A stretch of 32,000 nt of DNA from positions 930,001-962,000 of the forward strand of contig OY759724.1 in NCBI GenBank assembly GCA_963662715.1. The letters run 5' to 3'. Source of the stretch: Candidatus Omnitrophota bacterium. GTDB taxonomy: Bacteria > Omnitrophota > Gorgyraeia > Zapsychrales > JANLHA01. Under the pieces are notes generated by a model that saw only the letters and a program-made list of their open reading frames with translations, had not been told where the DNA came from and searched no databases. Shown here piece after piece: positions 7,821-16,384 of the stretch. The position numbers were made by a program, and so were the translations under genes. Position 1 is the stretch's first letter, and every line of letters begins with the position of its first letter.

Positions 7821-10796
7821 TTACGAACCGCAGCATTTCTTGTATTTTTTTCCGCTCCCGCAAGGACAAGGGTCATTCCGCCCGACCTTGGGGCCGCTTT
7901 TATGGATCGGCTGGGGTTTCGGCGGCTGAGCCTGCGGCGGTTCTTTCCCTGCTGTCTGCTGAGGGGCGGGCTCCCCTGAAAAACTTGAAATCTCATCGTG
8001 CACAAGATTCTGCGGCAAATCGCTGAACACGCTTCTCATGCGTGCGCTCCGGTCCGGAGGCAAAGGCTGAACTTTAAAAATAATCTCAACGACTTCCTGG
8101 CTGATGGAGCTGAACATCATCTGGAACATTTCATAGCCTTCTCTTTTATACTCAATCAAAGGATCCCGCTGACCGTAAGAACGCAGCCCCACCCCGCCTT
8201 TAAGCTGATCCATCGCATAAAGATGGTCTTTCCATTTCGCATCAAGCGTATTCAATAAAACGACTTTTTCCAGCCTCCGGATATTTTCCGCACCGAAATC
8301 ATTTTCTTTCTGACGGTAAATATCCTGCAGGCCCTGCATAATCAGGTCCTTGATCTCCTCGGGGTTCATGCTGTCCAGCCTGTCCCGGATGAGAGCAAGA
8401 TCATAACCGAAATTCGAATGCAGGGCCACCTGAAGTCCGTCGATATCCCAAGGGACTTCATCCTGGCCGGTGAAAAGGTGCTGGTCGACTAATGACGGGA
8501 CCGTTTCTTCCATCGCTTCCATGATGCGGTCCTTGACATTATCGCTTTCCAGAATGCTGCGCCGCAAACCGTAAATCGCTTCCCGCTGTTTATTCATGAC
8601 ATTATCATATTCCAAAAGCTGTTTCCGGAACTCGAAATTCTGCGTCTCGACCCGCTTCTGCGCCACTTCAATGGCCCGCGTCACCCAGGGATGCTCAATC
8701 ACCTGCCCCTCTTCCATCCCCAGTTTCTCCATAAGCGTCATAATGCGGTCCGAAGCAAACAGGCGCATCAGGTCATCCTCCAAAGCGACAAAGAAACGCG
8801 ACGACCCGGGGTCACCCTGGCGTCCGGACCGGCCGCGCAGCTGGTTGTCGATACGCCGGGACTCATGCCGCTCGGTCCCGATCACGTGCAGACCGCCCAG
8901 GTCAACGACCTGCTGGTGTTCTTTCTGCACCTGCTCCCGGAACTGGGCCAGAAATTTCTGCACCAATGATCCTTTCCGGGTTTCGTCCGCATCCTCTCCC
9001 GCCTCTTTTTCCGCCAGACTCTTTGCCAAGAACTCGGCGTTCCCCCCCAGGACAATATCCGTCCCCCGTCCGGCCATATTCGTGGCGATGGTCACGGATT
9101 TATAGCGCCCGGCCTGTGCGACGATCTGCGCTTCCGACTCATGATATTTCGCGTTCAAAACCTGGTGAGGGATCCCCCTCTGCTGCAACAGGGCGGACAG
9201 ATACTCGGACTTTTCAATGGAAATCGTCCCCACAAGCACCGGCTGGCCGCGTTGGTAGCAGTCGACGATTTCCTCGACCACGGCCTGGAACTTTTCCCGC
9301 ACGCTTTTATAAATGCAGTCCGAATGATTCTTCCGCATAAGCGGGCGGTTCGTCGGCATAACAACACAGTCCAGTTTATAAATCTGGCTGAACTCGGTGG
9401 CTTCGGTGTAAGCCGTACCCGTCATCCCGGACAGTTTTTCATACATACGGAAATAATTCTGGAAAGTGATCGTGGCTAAAGTCTGGTTCTCCCGCTCAAT
9501 CTTGATCCCTTCCTTCGCTTCGACAGCCTGGTGCAGGCCGTCGCCCCAGCGGCGGCCCGGCATAAGACGCCCGGTAAATTCGTCGACGATCAAAACCTGC
9601 CCGTCCCGCACGACATAATCGACGTCGAATTTAAAGAATTCTTTCGCTTTCAGCGCCTGCAGAATATGGTGCCGGTACTCAATCGTTTCCATGTCATGTA
9701 GGTTGTCAATCCCGAACTGCTTGGCCGCCTTTTCCTCCCCCTGCTCGGTCATGGAAATAGACCGGTTCTTTTCATCGGCCACATAATCGTACCCGATGGA
9801 CAGATCAATGTTTTTGTACTTCGCGTCAATCTCTTCCTGCTCGGTGATCCGCCGCCCTTTCAGACGCTTGGCGATATCGTTGGCCGTGTAATATTTATCC
9901 GTCGACTCTTCGGCGGGCCCGGAAATAATCAACGGGGTCCGGGCTTCATCCACGAGGATGCTGTCAACCTCATCGACAATGGCAAAATGGTACTGGCTCT
10001 GCACCATGTCCTCCTTGGAGATAACCATATTATCCCTGAGATAGTCAAACCCGAATTCATTGTTCGTCCCGTAGGTGATATCACAGGCATATTCCTGCTG
10101 GCGCTGCGCAGGGTTCAGGTCATGAAGAATGACCCCGATGGAAAGGCCTAAAAACTCAAAAACCGGGCCCATCCACTCCCGGTCCCGTCTGGCCAGGTAA
10201 TCATTGACCGTAACGACATGCACGCCCTCCCCGCTTAGCCCGTTCAGGTAAGCCGGAAGCGTTGCCACCAGAGTTTTCCCTTCCCCGGTGGCCATTTCCG
10301 CGATCTTGCCTTCATGCAGCATCATGCCGCCCAGAAGCTGGATATCATAATGCCGCATCCCTAACGTGCGCTTGGCCGCCTCCCGGACGGCGGCAAAAGC
10401 TTCCGGCAGAATTTCCCGCAACGAGGCCTGCCGGAGCTTCTTCAATTCCTCTCTAATGGCGTCGATCTGTATATTATAATCGTCCCGCTCTTCATTCGTC
10501 ACCGCCTGCCGGAAAAGCTCCTCGGTCTTCGCCAGCTCCTCCTTCTTTTCCCTCGTCGCGTTCCGGTACTTTTCCCTGAACTCTGCGGTCTTGGCTTTGA
10601 GCTCCGCTTCAGAATAAGCCTCAAATTGAGGCTCCAGGGCATTGATCTGAGCGACAGTCTTGCTCATTTTTTTGATCGTGGATACGGACGGCAGCGGCAG
10701 GTCCAGCGGCAAATGAATATTGACTTTGGGTTCAAGTTTGTCGATATAGGCCTGGGCACGCCTGACAATAAATTTACCTAAAAAGAAATCAAACAT
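7821..10796 (-). CDS. secA: Preprotein translocase ATPase SecA
   Basis: Walker [10 protein letters not shown]; DEAD-like box [20 protein letters not shown]; [24 protein letters not shown]; C-terminal zinc finger [23 protein letters not shown] upstream. Confidence 0.97.
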   Translation of the reverse strand: MFDFFLGKFIVRRAQAYIDKLEPKVNIHLPLDLPLPSVSTIKKMSKTVAQINALEPQFEAYSEAELKAKTAEFREKYRNATREKKEELAKTEELFRQAVTNEERDDYNIQIDAIREELKKLRQASLREILPEAFAAVREAAKRTLGMRHYDIQLLGGMMLHEGKIAEMATGEGKTLVATLPAYLNGLSGEGVHVVTVNDYLARRDREWMGPVFEFLGLSIGVILHDLNPAQRQQEYACDITYGTNNEFGFDYLRDNMVISKEDMVQSQYHFAIVDEVDSILVDEARTPLIISGPAEESTDKYYTANDIAKRLKGRRITEQEEIDAKYKNIDLSIGYDYVADEKNRSISMTEQGEEKAAKQFGIDNLHDMETIEYRHHILQALKAKEFFKFDVDYVVRDGQVLIVDEFTGRLMPGRRWGDGLHQAVEAKEGIKIERENQTLATITFQNYFRMYEKLSGMTGTAYTEATEFSQIYKLDCVVMPTNRPLMRKNHSDCIYKSVREKFQAVVEEIVDCYQRGQPVLVGTISIEKSEYLSALLQQRGIPHQVLNAKYHESEAQIVAQAGRYKSVTIATNMAGRGTDIVLGGNAEFLAKSLAEKEAGEDADETRKGSLVQKFLAQFREQVQKEHQQVVDLGGLHVIGTERHESRRIDNQLRGRSGRQGDPGSSRFFVALEDDLMRLFASDRIMTLMEKLGMEEGQVIEHPWVTRAIEVAQKRVETQNFEFRKQLLEYDNVMNKQREAIYGLRRSILESDNVKDRIMEAMEETVPSLVDQHLFTGQDEVPWDIDGLQVALHSNFGYDLALIRDRLDSMNPEEIKDLIMQGLQDIYRQKENDFGAENIRRLEKVVLLNTLDAKWKDHLYAMDQLKGGVGLRSYGQRDPLIEYKREGYEMFQMMFSSISQEVVEIIFKVQPLPPDRSARMRSVFSDLPQNLVHDEISSFSGEPAPQQTAGKEPPQAQPPKPQPIHKSGPKVGRNDPCPCGSGKKYKKCCGS

Positions 10797-10847
10797 GAAA
10801 AATATCTCCCTCCTCGGTCATCATAAACGGTAAGCGCCGGGACAACA

Positions 10848-11949
10848 TCAGTTTCCCGCCCCGGGCTTCCATCGTAAAAAAGCATCGATAAACAGACTTA
10901 AGTCACCGTCCATGATGCGGGGGACATTGCCGGTCTCCACGTCTGTCCGGTGGTCTTTCACCATGTTATACGGGTGCATCACGTAGGAGCGGATCTGGCT
11001 GCCCCACTCAATTTTCTGTTTTTGCCCGTACTCCTTCGACATCCGCTCTTCCTGTTCCTTGCGTTTCTTTTCGTACAAGCGGGCCTTAAGGATTCTCATG
11101 GCCATTTGTTTATTCTGCAGCTGAGAGCGTTCGTTCTGGCACTGAACCACGATGCCCGAAGGCAAATGCGTGATCCGCACGGCGGAATCCGTTGTGTTGA
11201 CGGACTGACCGCCGGGGCCGGATGAACGGAAAATATCAATCCGCAAGTCATCCGGATTAACCTCAACTTCAACATCATCCGCTATTTCCGGGATCACATC
11301 CACGGACGCGAATGAAGTGTGTCTTCTTTTATTGGCATCAAAAGGCGAAATACGCACGAGCCGGTGCACGCCTTTTTCGCCCTTCAGGTATCCGTAGGCG
11401 ATATCGCCTTCAATGCGCAATGTCACATTCTTTATCCCGGCCTCTTCCCCGGGGAGAATATCCGTCGTCGTGACCTTATATTTCATGTTCTCCGCCCAGC
11501 GCATATACATGCGCAAAAGCATGTTCGACCAGTCACACGACTCCGTACCCCCGGCACCGGCATTAATACTCAGGATGGCGTTGTTCTGGTCAAAAGGGCC
11601 GGACAGCAAAGATTTGTTTTCCAGAGAATCGATCTCTTTCCGCAAACCCGCCAGGTCCGCTTCAATCTCCTGCATAGACGACTCTTCGCCTTCTGATAAT
11701 TCCGCCAGTTCCTGCAGTTCATCCAGCTTTTTAGAAATTTCATTACAAGGCTCAACGCAGGATTTGAGAAACTTCAATTCCCGCATGACCTTGTTGGCCG
11801 CTTCATTATCATCCCAGAAATCGGGCTGGGCCATTTTCTGCTGAATGGCCTCAATGGCTTCCTGCTTCTGGGAGAGGTCAAAGAAACCCCCTAAGTTGAT
11901 GGAGTTTTTTCTTAAGGATATCTATTTGTAAATGAATATCACTAGGCAT
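10848..11949 (-). CDS. prfB: Peptide chain release factor 2, made by a programmed +1 frameshift (frame 0: 11949-11881; frame +1: 11879-10848)
   Basis: SPF tripeptide (RISPFD) and GGQ (SGPGGQSVN) are present. The track ORF lacks the N-terminus. By hand, upstream MPSDIHLQIDILKKKLHQLRGFL ends at an in-frame TGA, and the +1 frame continues DLSQKQEAIEAIQQKMAQPDFW into the track ORF. Confidence 0.93.
11877..11892 (-). promoter_or_regulatory. prfB: prfB autoregulatory +1 frameshift site
   Basis: The minus strand reads AGG GGG TTT CTT TGA C. This is an internal SD-like AGGGGG, a 3-nt spacer and the slippery CTT before TGA-C. The architecture matches E. coli AGGGGGTATCTTTGAC. Confidence 0.9.
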
Positions 11950-11987
11950 ATAAGTATTTATAGTATTAAGAGTTAAGATTGGGGGAT

Positions 11988-12015
11988 ATTATATCACAAC
12001 CCGGAGGAAAAACAA
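11988..12015 (-). promoter_or_regulatory. Candidate extended -10 promoter upstream of prfB
   Basis: The minus strand reads TTGTTT (12015-12010), 16 nt, then TGaTATAAT (TG 11996-11995, TATAAT 11993-11988). This lies 38 nt before the prfB ATG. There is no SD in the short leader. Confidence 0.35.
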
Positions 12016-12077
12016 TAAGCAAAATAAGCGGAAAAAGCGGACACAAAATCACCGGCACACCCCCTGAAGGGCGGACT

Positions 12078-13595
12078 CTAAGGCCCTTTTTTCTCAAAAA
12101 TAAAAATAACCGGAGCCACGGTCGGAGCCCGACCTTTCAGCCTGTATCTAAGCTTCCCGATACTCTTGACCTGCCGGTACCCTTTCCTTTCCAGGAAATC
12201 CTGAAAAGGTGATCCCCCGGGACGAATCAAGACATCCTCCTCTTTGCCCCAGTTATCCAAAACAAGAATGACATGGCCGGAGGCTGTTTCTAAAAGTCCC
12301 TTCACTTCGTCGCGGTTTTTCGGGAATTCGATTAATTGTCCGCCGAACCTTGCAAAATTCACCCCGCTGTAATACCGGATAAACCTCGGGGAATTGGCTA
12401 TAATCACGGTCTCCGGCCGGGCGTTCTGCCGCACCCAGGAGCCCGCGTCCGGGAACCCGAGGTAGAACTTCCGTTCTTCCGACAGAGTATGATGCGTTTC
12501 CGGATACTGAATCCCGGCGATAAAGCACACCAGCCCGAGCATCAGCCAGCGCACCATACTTTTCTTCTCTTTCGAAAAAAAGAATTCCATAAGCGCATTC
12601 ACACCCAGAGCGGCAAAAACAATCAAGGCCGGCAGGTAGACCAGGCTGTACCGGAAAAGACGTTCCGCGGCGCATGACAGGGCAACCATAAAAACGATGC
12701 CCCAGGAAAACAGCAATACAGCGACGGGTTTATTATCCCCTTTCAACAGGGCCGCCATGCCGATGAGGGCCAGGACGGTCAGCATGGCAGAGCCTAATAG
12801 ATCATTCATCCCCAGGACGTAAAACCATCTTGAAGCCGGCTCTTTGGTGGTTTCCAGCAAAGCCGACATGTCGGGAAGACAGGTGCCTAACTGAATGCGG
12901 TTATTCAGCAATAAAAGGAAAGCCGTCCCCAGGATGACGGACACCGGCCGCACCAGTTTTCGGATCCGCTCTTTGCCGCTTAGATTTTTCAACCCTAAAA
13001 GATAAAACACCGTTATCAGGATTACGACAACGGCTCCCGACCATTTCGTCAGCACGAGAGCCGCCCCGGCTCCGCCCAGATAAAAATCCAGCCTTTTCCC
13101 CTTTTTCCCGGAGACCTCCAGCAGAATAAGCGCCGCCAGCATCATCAAAAGCATGAACAGGCTGTCGCTCAGAATTTTTGTTGAAAACTTCAGAAACGTG
13201 GCATTGAACGACAGCAGGACGGCACAGATCAAACCGCCGAAAGGATCCATTATTCTCCGGCCCAGAACATACATCATCAGAATACAGAGCAGGCCGATGA
13301 TCAAAGATACGATGCGGCAGGCCGGCAGCGCAGGGTGGAACAGGCTCCCTGCGGCCAGGACACCGCTGAACAACGGAGGATGAAATTCATTGACTTCCGC
13401 CGAAAACAACAGCAGGGGATTCCCGGCTATCCTCATAGCGTTCCAGGCATATAAAGCCTCGTCGGCCCACAGCCGTTCCTGGAACATGAACTTTATTCTG
13501 ATCAGCAAAGACATGACCAGCAGGGCGGTTAACGCCAGAGCATAGCCGTATTTTTGAAAAGAGACCGGTAGACCTTGATTAACGTTCTTGTTCAT
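12078..13595 (-). CDS. GT-C fold membrane glycosyltransferase, PMT_2/ArnT-like (GT39/GT83-type)
   Basis: 505 aa, about 11-12 TM helices. The first periplasmic loop has RLWADEALYAW ... HPPLF, the DE ... hPPL signature of ArnT/PMT-type enzymes. A C-terminal soluble domain is present. Confidence 0.8.
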   Translation of the reverse strand: MNKNVNQGLPVSFQKYGYALALTALLVMSLLIRIKFMFQERLWADEALYAWNAMRIAGNPLLLFSAEVNEFHPPLFSGVLAAGSLFHPALPACRIVSLIIGLLCILMMYVLGRRIMDPFGGLICAVLLSFNATFLKFSTKILSDSLFMLLMMLAALILLEVSGKKGKRLDFYLGGAGAALVLTKWSGAVVVILITVFYLLGLKNLSGKERIRKLVRPVSVILGTAFLLLLNNRIQLGTCLPDMSALLETTKEPASRWFYVLGMNDLLGSAMLTVLALIGMAALLKGDNKPVAVLLFSWGIVFMVALSCAAERLFRYSLVYLPALIVFAALGVNALMEFFFSKEKKSMVRWLMLGLVCFIAGIQYPETHHTLSEERKFYLGFPDAGSWVRQNARPETVIIANSPRFIRYYSGVNFARFGGQLIEFPKNRDEVKGLLETASGHVILVLDNWGKEEDVLIRPGGSPFQDFLERKGYRQVKSIGKLRYRLKGRAPTVAPVIFIFEKKGP

Positions 13596-15459
13596 TGATC
13601 GATGGACGGTTGATTTTAAAAAGCCAAAAGTCGTGACGTTCTTTGTGTATGAGTGTAAACAAAGGGGAATGCTTTAACCCGGCGAGCTTTTTCGACACGA
13701 CTTCTTTGCCGAACTCCTTCACGGCCCGTTCACTGACGACAATATATTCATAGTCATTCCCGGCAAGACGGGAATAAAGGGTATCCGGGTCCAGCTCAAT
13801 GGCATCGTGAAACGAGTCCTGATAAGCCCTGGTCCAATAGTCGCTGGCCATGTCGTGGCCGATCACCAATTTGTTATCAACAAACGTAAAAACCCGGGAC
13901 CCGGCTCTGATATTCCGGCGCATCCAAACGAACCCTTTCATTTCATGATACGATCCCCAGGATATCCCGTAATCCCAGAGATCATTATTCACGACAAATT
14001 TCGGATATGCGGACGTCAGCAGAACAGCGGTGATCAAAAACCCTGCCTTCCTTTTATGAAACCGGCTTTTGTCCGTGGTGACACAGTCGACCCCCTCCGC
14101 CGCAAAAACACAAACAGGGACGGCGAGCAGGGGCCAAAACCGGTAGGCGAATAAACCGACCGGCAGAGAAAACGTTTTGGAATTCAGCCCCAGAAACGTA
14201 AAAGCGAGCCATAAAAGCATCGTTGAATAATACTCCCGCTCCTGACGGTCTCCCCGGGCCAGCCGGTACAGGCCTTTGCCGATGCCCAGAAGCGTAAGAA
14301 GACTGACAGCGAGGCCGAACCCCATCGGGCAATTATAATCATTGTACAGCGGGGGAAAAAGGTAATTCTCCATGGAATACTTCCGGGTCGTGCTTCCGGT
14401 GCCGGGGTTAAAGAGCCTCCGCTGAATCGTCGTCACAGCCTGAGCCCCTCCCACATCTTCGTTCAGGACGGTCGTCTTCAGCTTTAACTGTCCCGAGCGG
14501 TATGATTGATAGACCGGCACATACCAGGCGGCGGATATCAGAACGGCGGTCAAAGGCACCGCAACCAGGCGCAGAGGGATCTTTTTCCTTATCAAAAGCA
14601 TACCGGCGTACCACAGAGCCAGCATGACCATAAACTTAACAGGCTGCGTGGGCTGGACCAACAATATACCGGCTGTCACCATGACGGCAGATAAGAAAAA
14701 CCGGGCGTCTTCCCGGCATTTCCAGACACAATAAAACCCGACGAGGAACAATGTAACGGCCAGGGAATGCGCCCAGATAAAATGGCTCAGATAAGCCGGG
14801 ACGGCGGCCAGGAAAAACGCGGCCCATAAAGAGCGCGCGGAATTTTTCGTTAAAGCGTTGATAAAAAAGTAAAAAAACAGGATGCCCAAAGCGATGATCA
14901 AACCGTTAAAAAACTTCAGGGTCCAGTACAGAGACGGGGACGTCTGGTGCATTAAAGCCATGACCAGATCGTACCCCGGAGGATACGGATTGATATACTG
15001 AAACAGCCCGGAATCCGCGTTCAAATTCTTTTCCACCATTATATAGGCCGTGCCTGCGGCATGATGCCAGGGATCGTCATCTTCCAGCCAGGAATAAGTA
15101 AACGCCCCGCCGCAGTACATGACAACGCAGAATATAAAAATAACGGCCAGACATAATACCTTCTTTGTGAATTTAAGATCTGCAGGGACACGGCTTTGCT
15201 TTTTCCGTCCGCGGATATAGTCGGTGACGGGAAAAACAACCGCCAAAAACAAGAAAACCGTCCAGTGAAGGGGCACACCCAACAGGTTAAGCCACACCCC
15301 CAAAACAGGAACCGCGGCTAAACCTATGCCGACGCGCATTATAATGATTTCAAAATTAAGGGCCTGAACAAAACGGGTCAGGGCGTAGCCCAGACCATAG
15401 GTATATACGAAAAACAAAATAATGTTGGCTAGACTGGAGAGAACGTTAAATAGGGACAT
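13579..15459 (-). CDS. Large GT-C-like polytopic membrane protein with oligosaccharyltransferase-like motifs (function uncertain)
   Basis: 626 aa, more than 12 TM helices and a ~135-aa C-terminal soluble domain. Loop motif WLEDDDPWHH (15090-15061) is followed by NPYPPGYD. LWDYG (13980-13966) comes directly after the last TM helix. Overlaps the downstream GT-C gene by 17 nt. Confidence 0.7.
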   Translation of the reverse strand: MSLFNVLSSLANIILFFVYTYGLGYALTRFVQALNFEIIIMRVGIGLAAVPVLGVWLNLLGVPLHWTVFLFLAVVFPVTDYIRGRKKQSRVPADLKFTKKVLCLAVIFIFCVVMYCGGAFTYSWLEDDDPWHHAAGTAYIMVEKNLNADSGLFQYINPYPPGYDLVMALMHQTSPSLYWTLKFFNGLIIALGILFFYFFINALTKNSARSLWAAFFLAAVPAYLSHFIWAHSLAVTLFLVGFYCVWKCREDARFFLSAVMVTAGILLVQPTQPVKFMVMLALWYAGMLLIRKKIPLRLVAVPLTAVLISAAWYVPVYQSYRSGQLKLKTTVLNEDVGGAQAVTTIQRRLFNPGTGSTTRKYSMENYLFPPLYNDYNCPMGFGLAVSLLTLLGIGKGLYRLARGDRQEREYYSTMLLWLAFTFLGLNSKTFSLPVGLFAYRFWPLLAVPVCVFAAEGVDCVTTDKSRFHKRKAGFLITAVLLTSAYPKFVVNNDLWDYGISWGSYHEMKGFVWMRRNIRAGSRVFTFVDNKLVIGHDMASDYWTRAYQDSFHDAIELDPDTLYSRLAGNDYEYIVVSERAVKEFGKEVVSKKLAGLKHSPLFTLIHKERHDFWLFKINRPSINEQER

Positions 15460-15465
15460 TGCAGT

Positions 15466-15495
15466 AATATATCATATGGCGGACAGGTCTGTCTA
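15466..15495 (-). promoter_or_regulatory. Candidate promoter giving a leaderless or near-leaderless mRNA for the GT-C operon
   Basis: Minus strand: TAGACA (15495-15490), 18 nt, TATATT (15471-15466), 6 nt, ATG (15459). No SD is present before this ATG. Confidence 0.4.
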
Positions 15496-15496
15496 G

Positions 15497-15553
15497 TGGG
15501 ACCGGGTCCCTCTAAAGTTCTAAACACTATTGAGTTACGAGAGAAGTGTCCCC
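15497..15553. repeat. Left arm of the bipartite inverted repeat (outer block A, 26-nt spacer, inner block B)
   Basis: GGGACCGGGTCCCTC at 15498-15512 and GAGAGAAGTGTCCCC at 15539-15553. Both are exact reverse complements of the blocks at 16426-16440 and 16385-16399. Confidence 0.9.
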
Positions 15554-15637
15554 AAACACTTCCCTGTTCTAAAACTTTCCTGCCGCGGGATAATAGCCGT
15601 CAAGGAACAGGAACCCGCCCTCTCATCTTCTTCTCTT

Positions 15638-15964
15638 TCACCTTCTGGCGGCATAATTAAAATGATCAAAATAGCTGCGCCATAATGTTTCCGTGGAAGA
15701 GAATTGGTTTGTTCCGCAGAAATAATCAAGAAGGCATTCTCTTAAACGGGTAAGTTCTTTACGGCGGGGCAAAGTGTTGAGCGAGGCCAAAGTCAAATCA
15801 ATTAATTCCAGAGCCCGGTAAAATGCTTTTTGAGAATAAAGGTCATTCTTTTTCTTCTGCCAGTTTAACGCCCGGCTAACCTCGCTGCCAATATGCGCCA
15901 TCTGTTCGACCAAAGGCATTTGGCTCCAGCGCCCTGCGGCAAGATCTTTATGTTGAACTGTCAT
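15638..15964 (-). CDS. 108-aa predicted helical protein of unknown function (second gene of the cassette)
   Basis: Intact ORF whose ATG overlaps the stop of the upstream gene (ATGA at 15961-15964). From memory, the sequence type (..HIGSEVSRALNW.KK.N....KAFYRALELIDLT..) recurs as an unannotated hypothetical protein in other uncultured bacteria. Confidence 0.7.
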   Translation of the reverse strand: MTVQHKDLAAGRWSQMPLVEQMAHIGSEVSRALNWQKKKNDLYSQKAFYRALELIDLTLASLNTLPRRKELTRLRECLLDYFCGTNQFSSTETLWRSYFDHFNYAARR

Positions 15965-16302
15965 CTCGGTATCCTCTTTAAAACAATATCGAAAATCCTT
16001 TTTCGAATATGTTCATCATCTACCCCGCGGCTCATATTGTTCTGTGAAGGGCGCAAATTGATCATTGAATCGAATTCCACAAAATTTTCCAAAGACAAAT
16101 CCGGATAAAGATTTATCCCCCAAAGGCTTTTTTGTTGCGAGCCCCTTTCAAGCAGGAGGGCTTCCAGGTCAGAATGCAACTCAGCGTTTAATCCTATAAT
16201 CTCTTTATCAACATCAACGACAGCTTTGACCATGTCTCCGAACAAATCCTGAGCCATGACTTTTAACTCTTCTAAAGATAATGTTGTATCAACGATTTTC
16301 AT
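15961..16302 (-). CDS. DUF5674-like protein (first gene of the cassette)
   Basis: 113 aa with the blocks FGDMVKAVVD, ELHSD.EALLLE.GS.Q..LWGINLYP and EFDSMINLRPSQ.N.SRGV, which I recognise as the DUF5674 family pattern. No SD; a candidate leaderless promoter lies directly upstream. Confidence 0.75.
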   Translation of the reverse strand: MKIVDTTLSLEELKVMAQDLFGDMVKAVVDVDKEIIGLNAELHSDLEALLLERGSQQKSLWGINLYPDLSLENFVEFDSMINLRPSQNNMSRGVDDEHIRKRIFDIVLKRIPR

Positions 16303-16308
16303 GGAATC

Positions 16309-16337
16309 ATTTTAAAGGATATTGTTTTTATTATCAA
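16309..16337 (-). promoter_or_regulatory. Candidate promoter giving a leaderless mRNA for the two-gene cassette
   Basis: Minus strand: TTGATA (16337-16332), 17 nt, TAAAAT (16314-16309), 6 nt, ATG (16302). Confidence 0.35.
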
Positions 16338-16384
16338 CAATTACCCCTCCCCTCTGAATTATTATGTAAATCACCTTGCGGCTC

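Noticed and set aside
15653-15670. R-x4-H (RSYFDH) near the C-terminus of the 108-aa cassette protein, superficially like a HEPN RNase motif.
   Set aside because: It lacks the usual R-N/Q-x3-H context and the polar residue after H. The homologous sequences I recall do not conserve the His. It is too weak to call a HEPN domain without profile searches.
15535-15729. 64-aa minus-strand ORF spanning the cassette 3' end and the left repeat arm.
   Set aside because: It overlaps the 108-aa gene out of frame and runs through the inverted-repeat block. It has no translation signals, and the repeat or hairpin explanation fits the sequence better.
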